Of a stretch of 64,000 nt of DNA, positions 1 to 10,974 are shown one piece after another. Under the pieces are notes generated by a model. The model was not told the DNA's origin. It worked only from the letters and a program-made list of their open reading frames with translations, and made no database searches. Positions within the stretch are counted from its first letter, which is position 1. Every line of letters starts with the position of its first letter. The position numbers were made by a program, and so were the translations under genes. The stretch spans positions 166,060 to 230,059 of the IMG/VR virus record IMGVR_UViG_3300023235_000008; one strand, written 5' to 3'.

Positions 1-3000
1 TGTAAGGCGCAATACCGTAACGATCATCCCACCAAGTAGGCTTTTCGCTTTGCCCCAGCATTTCCCAAGGGTGACTATGTGGGCGGTCAGTATCGTAGAA
101 ATAACGATAAATTCCACGCCAGTGACCCGGTAACAAATCACCATCTATTTTATCTTGAAAATTAGACCAATTCCACGTAAACTTGTCAGCAACGTCAAAT
201 CCAATTTGTGCCGAGTAATCAACCTTATTGACAATCGCCCAATTTAAGAAACCAAGACTTAAAATACTATCAACTTCTTCACGAGTATAATCACTGTCAC
301 GGAATTTACCGGGAAGAAGTTCATTGACATCGAATACATCTGTGGTATAAGTTGTCTTAATATTGTTATAAATTCTTTTTTCAAATTCAAGTATAATGTC
401 GTCGCGACTATCGTTGAATGCCACAAAAATACTACCATCGTGTCCTTGGATAACTGTCTTCGGCGTGCGGTATGTATCGTCAGTGTAAATCTCTGGTCTA
501 AACTTCGGATATAACCCCATTTTTGTAGGCGTAGGCGGAATAAAACTTCCGTCCGTATTTGAATAATCAATAATCTCAATGATATCGTCTACTGCCAACA
601 CAAATCCATCATCAAAGGTAATATTTGCGCCAACGGTATCAAATACAAAATCCGTGCCAACATAAATCTGAACACCGTTATGATATACTAATACAGAGCG
701 ATTGCTGATATCATTGATATCAAAGAATAGTCCGTAGTCATATGTTCTAATATCTGGGTTCTCGATTGCATATATAGCAGTCGCGGCATCTTCACCATAT
801 CCAAGCATATCACTATAAAAGAACGGGAATGTTTCCGATTTGCCAATTTTTAGTTCATTGATAACTGCATCCAGTGCGGCGGGGATATCATCAAAATTTA
901 AATCCATCGTGCTAATAGCATCATATAATTTTTGTTTATACTTACTATATTCACGGCGGGAATAATCAATTGATCTGATTATACTCGAATCATGAACGTG
1001 GGTATTGTTATCCTTATTAATACTGCCGTTGTTTAGCAGAAATGCGCCTAAATGTGCGCCCGCACTATGCTGAAGAATATTACCAGCATAACTTTTTAAA
1101 TTAGTAACATCACGCAGATTACTATTACCCGGCGAATTACCAAAGAATGTAGTTGAGTTATTACTAGCGATGGTAATGTGATTGCGGATTTGTCCAAGTG
1201 TAAGCGTAGTAAACTCGGTGTTTGTTGCGTTATTTTCCAAGTTTGATGGAATTTCATAGTAACCGAAATCAGGCTGAACATCAGAATATGCACGAATAAC
1301 AATGTAATCATCCACGTCAGCCGGTGCAGCTAATACAACAAAAAAGTTCCCATCCTGCTCCAACGTAGTATATTCAGGTTCAATAAAGTTAGTGACATTT
1401 TGTGTAGTATCACGTTTCAGTAGTTTGCTATTTTTATATACGAATAGATTAACCACATCGTTCTCATTCTTAGGAATGGTGGGTGATTGAAATACCTGTG
1501 TCTCATCGGCAGTTACGAGGTATTCCTGAATAGAGAACTGGCGGGTATTTCTATTAACTTTCGTCCAGTCGTTCTTGATTTCATCCGTATCTCTGTCAAT
1601 AATTTTATGAACAAAGCCATCATTAATCTTGGTTGTTTCAATAATATTGCTTGGTGAATAAGTGAACGCATCACGAACGTAGTTGTTTTCAAAAATTATA
1701 TCGCCGACATTTTCGAAGTTTTTGTAGCTTAATCCAAATCCAAGAACAGGGTCTTCCACTGCGGCTGGCTGTTGCTGATAGCTAAACAATCTAGTTCCAG
1801 TGAAACCTGTTCCAAAATATACGCTTTCATCACCAAAACTATTTCCAGACGTATCGAAAATATCGAAATATGGGGTTTGATTAATATTGGTTTTTTGCTG
1901 GGATTCTAACCACACATCATCATTATAATAAAACACAATACCCTGTCTTGTGGCACCATTGGAAATAAGAATAACATCGTCGTTGGTGGCATCACCAACT
2001 TCTGTCAAATGAAGTTGAAATTCATCGTCTGAATCAGTATCAATAAAGGATACCTCATATATTTTACTACGCACCAATGGATCACGGTCAGCACCAAAGA
2101 TAACGGTTGTTCCACCTAATAACGGAATACCATCCACGAAGTAACCTGACTGACCTTCAACATTTGACAATGCATCAATCTGCGTTTCGTCAAATACATT
2201 AACAACTCGATTAAAAATCTTACCATAGTTGAATAGTTGTAAATCTGGTTCAAATTCAATGATAGGACGATTAGCTCGTTTGTCTTGATCGACAATAAAA
2301 TTAAAGTCATTATATGCAGCTGTTTTTTCAATCACATCAATGTGGAACCAACGGTTTGAACGTGACCAAGCATTGCGGTCAACGGATGAACGATTTATTG
2401 TGAAATAATCAACCTCTAGTGGCGCATTAGCAGAGCCAGCCCAACCAGCACTGTCAAACGTTTCTGTATCAAATCCTTCTTCTTCGGTGGTCGTAAACGG
2501 CTCTGGAACAACCAAATCATCCACTGATACTAATCGAATGCCTCCTGTTTGACCGACTCCTTCTACGTAATATTCGTTACCCGCATATGAAACTGGGGTG
2601 ACATCACTATTAAAATCAATCTTCATTCCATTCGTAAGTTCTACAGCATTTGGTGAAATATACTCGTTGCGTCCAATGATATCTTCGTCCACATTAATCG
2701 CAGGGACTTCATCCTGCTCAACCACATCAATAATACCGAAACGCAACGGGTCAATGCCATCAGCATAAAAGAAGCGGGTTAATGGCGCAGTGATTACGGG
2801 AACAAGTTCAAGTTGCTGAACTGCATTTTTCCAAAGTTCTTTATTGCCAAATTCGCTACCTTTAAGAATAAAAATCTTTTCATCCTGCGGTATATTCAGA
2901 ACACGAACAACAGTCATAATATCATTGGCATCAATGCTTATTCTGTAAACGTCGTGTCGGTCTTCTAGGGAAATCGTATTTGTAGGATCAAAGGTACTTC

Positions 3001-4000
3001 CGTTAGCATCAAAGCCAACACCCTGCGTATCAAATAGTCCGCCCGCTTCCCAAATCTCTTCGTTTTGGTTTTCGTCAACATTATAAAAAACGATAGTAGC
3101 ATTTTCAATTTCACGCTGATCAGTAATACCGTCAATACCATCAGGATTATTAGCAATGAACGTAGTGAATACTTGGTTATGTATTTCTGTATAAGAAAAG
3201 CGAGTTGCAAAATCAACGTCATCGGTTTTTGTCATTCCAATCCATTTATTTTGCGCATTTGCTGCTGGTACATTAAACGTTACTACGCCCACATCCTCGC
3301 CATTATTTTCAATACCTAGAATGTCACGGGTCGAAATGTTATCTTGGATGTCTTTAAGACCATCTAATCCCGGCTCAGTCTGAATATAAAATGGAAACCC
3401 AAGTTGATCTACTGTGAACGTATATGAACCACCACGTGCAATCTTAATAGTAGGGTTATTAACCGAGTTGCGATCATTTATAAAATACGAAGGTTCAATA
3501 TCCACACGAGTTATGTCAAAATTTTCTTCGGAATCAATAACGGAACTGAATACAGGAATAGAATCGGGTCCATTTGGTAACCAATAATATTGTGAAAAGT
3601 TAACAAACTTATCAAAATCAAAGAATGAAGACCAAGAATAATATTCATTTTCAAATAGACGGTCGTGATTATTAGTATCACCGCCTTCTGCCTCAATGGC
3701 GTTGACCATATCAACATAATTTGTCAAAAACTCAACACGATCACCACTCGTACCAGTTTCTGGAATTTCTTTAAATACTACACCCGGCTCAAGTTGATAA
3801 TTCTGACGAGTATCAGATACTTCATTTACGTATTGGTCACCCGCAGAGAAAGACGGTGCAAATTTTCTACCGACAAAGGCATTAATCTTTTCTTGAACAC
3901 TAGGTGTTACAAGTTGGTCAATGGTTGCATTAAGAAATTTCTCGTTTTTTTCAGTTCTGAAAATCTCAGGTAATAATCCGATGGTTTTACGCAAAGCCAT
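1..4000 (-). CDS. Large virion structural (baseplate/tail) protein, runs off the window start
   Basis: ATG at 4000-3998 overlaps the upstream stop (MALRKTIGLLPEIFRT...). The same frame at the window start reads MLGQSEKPTWWDDRYGIAPY, typical of giant jumbo-phage baseplate proteins. The frame was spot-checked, not read in full. Confidence 0.7.
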   Translation of the reverse strand, partial: MALRKTIGLLPEIFRTEKNEKFLNATIDQLVTPSVQEKINAFVGRKFAPSFSAGDQYVNEVSDTRQNYQLEPGVVFKEIPETGTSGDRVEFLTNYVDMVNAIEAEGGDTNNHDRLFENEYYSWSSFFDFDKFVNFSQYYWLPNGPDSIPVFSSVIDSEENFDITRVDIEPSYFINDRNSVNNPTIKIARGGSYTFTVDQLGFPFYIQTEPGLDGLKDIQDNISTRDILGIENNGEDVGVVTFNVPAANAQNKWIGMTKTDDVDFATRFSYTEIHNQVFTTFIANNPDGIDGITDQREIENATIVFYNVDENQNEEIWEAGGLFDTQGVGFDANGSTFDPTNTISLEDRHDVYRISIDANDIMTVVRVLNIPQDEKIFILKGSEFGNKELWKNAVQQLELVPVITAPLTRFFYADGIDPLRFGIIDVVEQDEVPAINVDEDIIGRNEYISPNAVELTNGMKIDFNSDVTPVSYAGNEYYVEGVGQTGGIRLVSVDDLVVPEPFTTTEEEGFDTETFDSAGWAGSANAPLEVDYFTINRSSVDRNAWSRSNRWFHIDVIEKTAAYNDFNFIVDQDKRANRPIIEFEPDLQLFNYGKIFNRVVNVFDETQIDALSNVEGQSGYFVDGIPLLGGTTVIFGADRDPLVRSKIYEVSFIDTDSDDEFQLHLTEVGDATNDDVILISNGATRQGIVFYYNDDVWLESQQKTNINQTPYFDIFDTSGNSFGDESVYFGTGFTGTRLFSYQQQPAAVEDPVLGFGLSYKNFENVGDIIFENNYVRDAFTYSPSNIIETTKINDGFVHKIIDRDTDEIKNDWTKVNRNTRQFSIQEYLVTADETQVFQSPTIPKNENDVVNLFVYKNSKLLKRDTTQNVTNFIEPEYTTLEQDGNFFVVLAAPADVDDYIVIRAYSDVQPDFGYYEIPSNLENNATNTEFTTLTLGQIRNHITIASNNSTTFFGNSPGNSNLRDVTNLKSYAGNILQHSAGAHLGAFLLNNGSINKDNNTHVHDSSIIRSIDYSRREYSKYKQKLYDAISTMDLNFDDIPAALDAVINELKIGKSETFPFFYSDMLGYGEDAATAIYAIENPDIRTYDYGLFFDINDISNRSVLVYHNGVQIYVGTDFVFDTVGANITFDDGFVLAVDDIIEIIDYSNTDGSFIPPTPTKMGLYPKFRPEIYTDDTYRTPKTVIQGHDGSIFVAFNDSRDDIILEFEKRIYNNIKTTYTTDVFDVNELLPGKFRDSDYTREEVDSILSLGFLNWAIVNKVDYSAQIGFDVADKFTWNWSNFQDKIDGDLLPGHWRGIYRYFYDTDRPHSHPWEMLGQSEKPTWWDDRYGIAPY

Positions 4001-7000
4001 TAACTTGTACTCCCTACATTAGTATTTTCGATAGTGGTAGTAGTGGCGAATGAACTAGTGATTGTATCGTCGGTGGAAGAGGACGATACTACATTGCCGC
4101 TTGCTTTTAGTCTACTTGCCGTAATTCCGTCAATAATATCAACATCACTTACTGTTGCTGACGATATAAAGATTTCATCACGCTGGGCAGTGATTTGAAA
4201 TAACGATCCAAATACTTGGTCGCCGCTATTAGGAACAATCAATACCGTTTCGATATCAGGCACAAGCTCTTGGTGAATATATCCTGCAAGTTCACTGAAG
4301 AAGAATGTGTCACCAAAATCCCAGTTATCCACTGCAAAGAATTCATTAATTGCATTAATAACACGAACGTTTATTTCACTATCAGTTTTTAGTGTTGCTG
4401 AATTTTTGATAACCTTGAAGGTTGACTGCAATGATGGATCGGATTTTTCACCAAATAATGGTCTATATTTGACACTGTTGAAAATAATCGTATCGCTGAT
4501 TGCCTTAAATGCTTCCAGACCACCAAAACTATTACGTAATTCAAAACTGGTTGGCTTAGTCGGCTCAGTCAATGTGTTGGTAGTATCAGCAATATATGCA
4601 CGATAATCCTCATCGTATGCACGTGTTAACAAGAACATATCAACGAAGTTCGAAGGCGATGGGTCAATACGGCGGCCGTTCGGACTGTTGTGCGTGTACT
4701 GGAAGTTAAGTAGGTCACGTCCAATACGAACACGATATTCTGTAGATTCGGCGACAGTACGTGTTCCTGCCGAACTAATGCTCATCACAAAGAATTTTTC
4801 TTCGGTCGTGGCATAAAATATCTGACCATCATTATACAATGATAAATCTTGACTTATATCAATTTCTGCGGCATAATCAACATTAACAGTGGTGGATGAA
4901 ATAGGACGATATCTTTCAAAGTTATCAACATCCAATACTTTTTCAAAAAATACCAATTTAGTTGTTACATTTGTTTCAGGGGCAACCACAATATCAAAAA
5001 TCTCGGGGTTATCTGGAATACCGTCATCATCACGATCAGGATAGGTCACTTTAATTTTAGTGCTATCAACATATCCATCACTTTCCTGAACATTCGCATA
5101 CACAGAAAGATTATAGTTTGACGGGAAAGCCTCGTTTGCATCAGGCTGGGCATTGATTTTTAAAATATTGATATTATCTTTGATTGTTTGTCCTGTACGT
5201 GGATCAAATATTTTCTGACCCGGCTCAAAGTAGAAGCGAGTTTGCAATGTGCTTTCAAAGAAATAATCCAATGAACGATACTTCACGGTATATGTTTCGC
5301 CATCTGTCTCAAACATAATAAACCAACTATTGTCTATGCCAGTTGAAGACGTGTCGCCCGCATTGCCAAGATTGAACGTTTCTGATTTATCCAAATCAAC
5401 CCCATCGATAACAACCCATTCCTGCGTTTCTTGATCAAAGCGCAATCCAAACTCTTTAAATAGTTTAACACGTGAAATAATATCGCTTTCTACAACCGCA
5501 GGGAAATCATTCGTAAATGGAACAATAATCTCAGTGGGGATTGCGGCACTTGGAAGTATATCATTCAATGATACCGGACCCGTGCCATCAGTCAATGCAC
5601 CCGTTCCTTGATTCGAACCATCATCCACCACGTTAGTGACGGCGCTCCATATAAAATCACGGGTTCCCGGCGCACCACTTGTTCCTGCCTCAAGCGTTCC
5701 ATTTTCACGGAAAAAGAAACCATCGGGGGCAACAAACTTAACAAGCGAACTTGTTTTTAAAAACTTCAGGTTGGATGTTACAAAACTACCAATACTTAAT
5801 GGATCACCGGATGCGTTAGCAAAATATCCAGTTGTTAGGTTGGTTCCTGTTGTTAACTGAATCCACTGAACGTCATTAACAGTAATATCATATGGTGAAT
5901 AATTCTTAAAGTAGAAATGCAACGCTGGTTTATCAGCAATAATAGGTTCCAATGTATTAATAACAACGTTCAAAATGTCGTTATCATTGATAAACTCAAA
6001 GGTAAAGGTTTCAATGCTTTCAAACTCATACAATAATCCGTCATCGGCAAAGATATTGGTTGAACTATACTTACCAGTGGTATCACGAACATCCAAGTAT
6101 CGTGAAATACCAGAACTTGCTCGGTTCACACTCTTAACTTTCAAGATATCATTGTATTGCGTTAACGGAAATGCATTATAATCTTCACCATTTATCATTC
6201 TATTTTGCGAATAGTAACTCAATGGTGCATTTGCACGAACACTGTTTATGCTTTCACGAGAAGACGCATTTGAAACCGTTGCTTCAAGGCTCAACTCAAG
6301 TGATACTGTCTCCAACTGATTGTTACGACTTAGATACGGAATATCAACAACAATACCTTGCATATTATCTGGTGTTATTTTATAATCAAGCGCATTACCA
6401 GCACGGAAAATTACCCGAAAGTCGCCAACTGGAATATCTGAAAATACACCATCACCAAATGCAATATCAATCTGATCATTAGTACGACTATTCACCGAAT
6501 AAAGTGTACGGGTGCTTGCCGCAAGATCGTTGTAAATAATGTTTGTACCTGAAATCGCAGGAACTTTAGTCCACTCGCTTTCCACATTGCCATCTGCATC
6601 CAATTTGTAAAGCCATACATCAGTATTATCAACATTCGAAACATTAATAGATACAATGCGGTTTTCAATAGATTCATCAATAGTAAAATCAGCCTGTTGA
6701 ACCACGCCCTGCTTAAAGTACGTAAAGAAACCAGTGTTATTTGAACCGTTACCACGTCCATCATTGCGATAGATTAGATTAAACCCACTGCCCGGAACAG
6801 GTGGTTGCTCATATACATAACTTTGTCCAGAAAATGAACCATTCACCAATTCAAAGTTCATATCGATGCCGTTCACGTTATTACTGAAAGAATAGATAGG
6901 AACGGTGTTCGGCACCAAGTTCAATGTATATTCTTCAACCTTAATACCGTTTATGTCGCCCGCATACGCTGGCTTGCCAAATCGCTGCGAACGTTGTAAT

Positions 7001-7491
7001 GACGCATTCATAACAATAGTAAACTGTTCTAAGAAATCGCTGTTGGTATTGTCGTCCCAAATAATAGGGGTATCAGCAAGATTAAAACCGTTGCTGTCAA
7101 AAATGTTTTCAGTAGTAGAAATAGATTGAATCTTTAAAAAACCACGTGCAGTAGAACTACGCTTCGGATGATAGTTAAGCATACGTGCAAGTTGCAATAC
7201 GCTGTCACGGCGTTCTGCTGTTTCAAGAAAGTTTTCACGTGCATTCATATCGGTGCGGAACGCAAGGCTCTGTCCCATAAACGCAATCAAATCAATAAGT
7301 GCAATATATTCGGAGGATTCAATGAAATCGTTGAAATCTTCAGGATAATAAATCCGAAGATAATCAATCATCGTCTTTCTTAATGTCTCGTAATCATATG
7401 ACTGGAAGTCCGCTTCACGAAATGTTTCATAAACTTTCTTCCAATCCTCATTGATAAATAAATTAAACCCACGTGTTGATGTTGCTGTCAT
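4000..7491 (-). CDS. gp6: Baseplate wedge subunit, T4 gp6-like
   Basis: 1163 aa; N-terminal DFQSYDYETLR...LAFRTDMNARENFLETAERRDSV and SQNRMINGEDY motifs; next to a gp25-like gene. Confidence 0.8.
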   Translation of the reverse strand: MTATSTRGFNLFINEDWKKVYETFREADFQSYDYETLRKTMIDYLRIYYPEDFNDFIESSEYIALIDLIAFMGQSLAFRTDMNARENFLETAERRDSVLQLARMLNYHPKRSSTARGFLKIQSISTTENIFDSNGFNLADTPIIWDDNTNSDFLEQFTIVMNASLQRSQRFGKPAYAGDINGIKVEEYTLNLVPNTVPIYSFSNNVNGIDMNFELVNGSFSGQSYVYEQPPVPGSGFNLIYRNDGRGNGSNNTGFFTYFKQGVVQQADFTIDESIENRIVSINVSNVDNTDVWLYKLDADGNVESEWTKVPAISGTNIIYNDLAASTRTLYSVNSRTNDQIDIAFGDGVFSDIPVGDFRVIFRAGNALDYKITPDNMQGIVVDIPYLSRNNQLETVSLELSLEATVSNASSRESINSVRANAPLSYYSQNRMINGEDYNAFPLTQYNDILKVKSVNRASSGISRYLDVRDTTGKYSSTNIFADDGLLYEFESIETFTFEFINDNDILNVVINTLEPIIADKPALHFYFKNYSPYDITVNDVQWIQLTTGTNLTTGYFANASGDPLSIGSFVTSNLKFLKTSSLVKFVAPDGFFFRENGTLEAGTSGAPGTRDFIWSAVTNVVDDGSNQGTGALTDGTGPVSLNDILPSAAIPTEIIVPFTNDFPAVVESDIISRVKLFKEFGLRFDQETQEWVVIDGVDLDKSETFNLGNAGDTSSTGIDNSWFIMFETDGETYTVKYRSLDYFFESTLQTRFYFEPGQKIFDPRTGQTIKDNINILKINAQPDANEAFPSNYNLSVYANVQESDGYVDSTKIKVTYPDRDDDGIPDNPEIFDIVVAPETNVTTKLVFFEKVLDVDNFERYRPISSTTVNVDYAAEIDISQDLSLYNDGQIFYATTEEKFFVMSISSAGTRTVAESTEYRVRIGRDLLNFQYTHNSPNGRRIDPSPSNFVDMFLLTRAYDEDYRAYIADTTNTLTEPTKPTSFELRNSFGGLEAFKAISDTIIFNSVKYRPLFGEKSDPSLQSTFKVIKNSATLKTDSEINVRVINAINEFFAVDNWDFGDTFFFSELAGYIHQELVPDIETVLIVPNSGDQVFGSLFQITAQRDEIFISSATVSDVDIIDGITASRLKASGNVVSSSSTDDTITSSFATTTTIENTNVGSTS

Positions 7492-7544
7492 ACTATTTGA
7501 ATCCTACTGTTAATGTATTTATGATTTATAATAAAGTGTGCATA

Positions 7545-7928
7545 TTATAGTATTGACGTACTGATTTGCTGTGTTTCGCCGTTAAACTGCAATAATAACT
7601 CTTCAGAAAGGTCTAACTCACGATAAAATAACTCTACTTCTACTTGTAACCCAAGCTCATATTCCGTTAGGATTACATTCGATACTTGTGTTCGTGGGTC
7701 GCTGTTGACAATAGTGGTTACATCGTCTACTATAGATTGCTTGACATCTTCGGTCATGGGATCGTATATATGATCCCAAATGATTGTGCCGAAATCAGGA
7801 CGCATTAACTTCTCGCCTTTACGGATTTGAAAATGATTAAGTAAATCACGCTTGATTAACTCTTTATCTTCCAAACGGGTTGACCCAAAGACCGTATCGA
7901 CCGTGTTATAACCTCTATAAAAACTCAT
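7545..7928 (-). CDS. gp25: Baseplate wedge subunit, gp25-like
   Basis: LLNHFQIRKGEKLMRPDFGTIIW...DPR motif; 127 aa. Confidence 0.85.
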   Translation of the reverse strand: MSFYRGYNTVDTVFGSTRLEDKELIKRDLLNHFQIRKGEKLMRPDFGTIIWDHIYDPMTEDVKQSIVDDVTTIVNSDPRTQVSNVILTEYELGLQVEVELFYRELDLSEELLLQFNGETQQISTSIL

Positions 7929-7956
7929 ATTATTATCTCCTTGTGGTATTTAGTCG

Positions 7957-7985
7957 TTGACAATAGGCAATGCTTAATGTATATT
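7957..7985 (+). promoter_or_regulatory. sigma70-type early promoter
   Basis: TTGACA-17-TATATT at the head of the plus-strand early block. Confidence 0.7.
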
Positions 7986-8009
7986 GAACGAAATAGATGG
8001 AGAAATACG

Positions 8010-8171
8010 ATGGCTAAGAAAGTCTACAAGTTTGTAAATCACGACGAGATTCCAGCAATCACCGCCGAATATGTATTAAGCGTTGCTGATGCTGATAGCA
8101 TCTGGTCCATACCTATTGACGAAATCAATGAGTTCCTTAACGACTTGGAAGAATATGATGGATTATCGTAA
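8010..8171 (+). CDS. Hypothetical early protein
   Basis: GGAG RBS then MAKKVYKFVNH; first gene after the promoter. Confidence 0.55.
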   Translation: MAKKVYKFVNHDEIPAITAEYVLSVADADSIWSIPIDEINEFLNDLEEYDGLS

Positions 8172-8685
8172 AAGTGGGTCAACATGTACGCATTCCAATT
8201 GGGATGGTAAATGGTATAGTTCGTCACATACAGTAAGTATTGACAAACTGCGGAATCACCAAGGGGATACTCTACCAGATTGGGAACGCCTTATCATAAT
8301 GAAAGAAGTTCTATCACCAGAACAATATGAGTTCAATAAAAATTTCGACGGATTTGCCCATTTAACAGATACAGAAATGCGTAATATATCTATGCGTTCG
8401 TTCCCAACATTACGTTCTGAAGTATTTCAATGGTTGCGTGAAAATGTTGCGGATTCAACCGATATCAATCGCAAAGACCGACCAGAAGGATGGTGCATTG
8501 GTTCAGCCGAATATCGTGTAAGTGGCGCATCGGGTTACCTAACCATCTGGTTTTTACGGCGTCTTGATGCAATGAAGTTTATCAAAAAGTGGAGTGTTTA
8601 CAATCAGCCAGAAGAATACTCGAATGATGACGGTATGTGGAAACGTCTTATTGACGGCATACTTGTAGATGTAGAGCAAAACTGA
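8158..8685 (+). CDS. Hypothetical protein, paralog of 8685-9200
   Basis: Shares FPTLRSEVFQWLRENVADSTDINRKDRPEGWCIG with the next gene. Confidence 0.7.
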   Translation: MDYRKSGSTCTHSNWDGKWYSSSHTVSIDKLRNHQGDTLPDWERLIIMKEVLSPEQYEFNKNFDGFAHLTDTEMRNISMRSFPTLRSEVFQWLRENVADSTDINRKDRPEGWCIGSAEYRVSGASGYLTIWFLRRLDAMKFIKKWSVYNQPEEYSNDDGMWKRLIDGILVDVEQN

Positions 8686-9022
8686 TGAGATATTTAAAAG
8701 GTTGGTATTTTTGTAGCGATTCGAATTGGGGCACTTCATTTGACTCAGGACATAGGGTGTCAGTTGAAACGCATGAAGATTTTAAGCATGGTTCAGTTGA
8801 GTGCGATGATTGGAAACGTCTAATCATTATGAAAAGCGCCATTAATAAAGTAAGATATGATATGTATGCACGTTTGAACCCCGAATGGACCGATTCTGAG
8901 TTAATAAGGTTAGCAGTAGAAGAGTTCCCAACATTACGTTCTGAAGTATTTCAATGGTTGCGTGAAAATGTTGCGGATTCAACCGATATCAATCGCAAAG
9001 ACCGACCAGAAGGATGGTGCAT
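8400..9022 (+). repeat. 99-bp identical direct repeat (8400-8498 and 8924-9022)
   Basis: Base-by-base identity read from the sequence. Confidence 0.9.
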
Positions 9023-9200
9023 CGGAGATACACAACGCCGCATGAAAGAAATGGTTGAGTTAAATATATGGTTTTTACGGCGGCGGGACGCACTGAAGTT
9101 TATCAAAACGTGGAGTGTTCACAAACAACCAACCGAAACCTTCAGCGACGACATAAAGAAGGTGTTGATTGATGGAAAACTTGTAGAAATAGAACGATAG
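8685..9200 (+). CDS. Hypothetical protein, paralog of 8158-8685
   Basis: Coupled stop/start; shared core. Confidence 0.7.
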   Translation: MRYLKGWYFCSDSNWGTSFDSGHRVSVETHEDFKHGSVECDDWKRLIIMKSAINKVRYDMYARLNPEWTDSELIRLAVEEFPTLRSEVFQWLRENVADSTDINRKDRPEGWCIGDTQRRMKEMVELNIWFLRRRDALKFIKTWSVHKQPTETFSDDIKKVLIDGKLVEIER

Positions 9201-9210
9201 GAAAAAGTTC

Positions 9211-9480
9211 ATGAATGAAGAAAAAGAGTATTACAGTCACTATCCAGACCGTTACGTATGTAGTGTGATTGACGAAATGCGGAAGTGTCATGAAACCCGC
9301 AACTATGCCATTCTACCTAGTCTCATTGAAGAAATGCAGACGATGGTTAATCGTATGGAAGCCGGTCTTAGTGAACAAAAAAGTATGAATAAACTTAGCG
9401 AAGATTTCAAGAAACTGCGTGTAGAATATAACGAACTTGTTACCGAATACAACGACCTCAATGATAAAGGTAAGAAATAA
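9211..9480 (+). CDS. Hypothetical coiled-coil protein
   Basis: RBS; operon-coupled ORF. Confidence 0.65.
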   Translation: MNEEKEYYSHYPDRYVCSVIDEMRKCHETRNYAILPSLIEEMQTMVNRMEAGLSEQKSMNKLSEDFKKLRVEYNELVTEYNDLNDKGKK

Positions 9481-9812
9481 TGTTCGGATTTAAGAAAGTT
9501 ATTGATGAAACTATTTCCCGTGAAGAGTTCTGGGAAACGTTATCAACCGACCACGGCATCAAGGCGGGCGATATTGTCCAGACACGAGATATCAGCCGTG
9601 GAAGCAAGTTAGTTTCTGGTGGATGGTCGTATGATTGTGCGGTTGTAATGTCAGTAAATCCTTTTATTATGGTTTCTGAAGAAACTGATATGAAATGGTC
9701 GTGTGCAAAAGCAGAAGATTTTGAACCAGTCGGTGTTCGGGCTTCGCAACGGTGGTTCAAACACTGTTGGAAAAAACGTATGGACGGTAAACCCCCAAAA
9801 TATAGGAGATAA
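9480..9812 (+). CDS. Hypothetical protein
   Basis: Coupled ORF in early operon. Confidence 0.65.
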   Translation: MFGFKKVIDETISREEFWETLSTDHGIKAGDIVQTRDISRGSKLVSGGWSYDCAVVMSVNPFIMVSEETDMKWSCAKAEDFEPVGVRASQRWFKHCWKKRMDGKPPKYRR

Positions 9813-9813
9813 T

Positions 9814-10560
9814 ATGAGAATTCACAGTAAGTTTCAAGACTATTACGACTCTGCACTCGGATTTGGTATTGACGAACAATGCCATTATTCCCGACAGACT
9901 GAATACATCAATGATAATCCGCTTAATGGATTGAAGCAGATCGGGTTCTATGAAGAACTGTTCGAAAGTATACCCCACGAACATGGTACTTGGACAACTA
10001 GCTTTGATGGTGTGAAAACTCATATCTTTTTGTTCTGTGGTAAGATGTATATTTGTATTCAATTCACAATTGAAGAAGAACAGCAATACAAAGATATATG
10101 GTGTTACTCGCCCGATGATATTGCTGAAGTGATTAACGAATACGGTTCCGATAATGATAAAAGTCGTTGGAATAGGAAAAAATACGACAAGGAAAAGCGG
10201 CGCATCGGTTTCCGTTATAGTATAACCAATAAGCGGCACATGGAAGAAATGTTCACAAAATATAGCGGCGTTGAGCGTGATGATATCGATGACTTCCATC
10301 ACGAGACTGGCATTCCTGTTATAGTTATTAAGCCCTCTAGAATGGCAAATGGCGATGTGTTGACTTACAATCCAGTCCTAAAGGATTATCAATTCTACAA
10401 AGTATTGGATGCCTTTACTGCCTTTCAAGAATTGAGCATGTATATTTCTGGTGTGCTTGGTGGTCATTCACCAAAGATGATAGAAGTAAGTAACGAAGTC
10501 AAAATCCACAAAGCTGGGTTTGACAAGTTTTCATTCAGAAAAGATAAGGAAGAGAAATAA
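9814..10560 (+). CDS. Conserved phage hypothetical protein (MRIHSKFQDYYD...)
   Basis: AGGAG RBS; start reassigned from 9703. Confidence 0.7.
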   Translation: MRIHSKFQDYYDSALGFGIDEQCHYSRQTEYINDNPLNGLKQIGFYEELFESIPHEHGTWTTSFDGVKTHIFLFCGKMYICIQFTIEEEQQYKDIWCYSPDDIAEVINEYGSDNDKSRWNRKKYDKEKRRIGFRYSITNKRHMEEMFTKYSGVERDDIDDFHHETGIPVIVIKPSRMANGDVLTYNPVLKDYQFYKVLDAFTAFQELSMYISGVLGGHSPKMIEVSNEVKIHKAGFDKFSFRKDKEEK

Positions 10561-10745
10561 TGGATAAAATCACGTTGATAGAAAAAGACTATTGTTCAGA
10601 AGAACTATGCGACCTTGACCGTGACGTGTCGGAATGTTTAGACCCGTTATTCACGCCCGGTGCAAAACATATACCAGTCGATGAACATGGATTTCATCCC
10701 GGCGTATTCAAAGTGTCGATTACATGGGTGAATGATAATGGTTAA
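10560..10745 (+). CDS. Hypothetical protein
   Basis: Coupled ORF. Confidence 0.55.
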   Translation: MDKITLIEKDYCSEELCDLDRDVSECLDPLFTPGAKHIPVDEHGFHPGVFKVSITWVNDNG

Positions 10746-10974
10746 AAAACCCACACCTAAAAAAGCTGTGCCTAAAAAAGCTGCACCAGTAAAGAAAGCA
10801 CCACCTAAAAAGGTCAAGAATACTGACCCATTCGAAATACCAAGGTTTTTGAATCGGTGGATTGGTAAGACTGAAATCGTAAAACTTATTAGCGATGACA
10901 AAGGCAATCTTATCAAAGTTGACAAAAAAGGTAATAAGTATGATGCTGCAACCGATAAAGTAATAAAAAAATGA
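10738..10974 (+). CDS. Basic protein with histone-like PKKA repeats
   Basis: KKPTPKKAVPKKAAPVKKAPPKK. Confidence 0.6.
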   Translation: MVKKPTPKKAVPKKAAPVKKAPPKKVKNTDPFEIPRFLNRWIGKTEIVKLISDDKGNLIKVDKKGNKYDAATDKVIKK

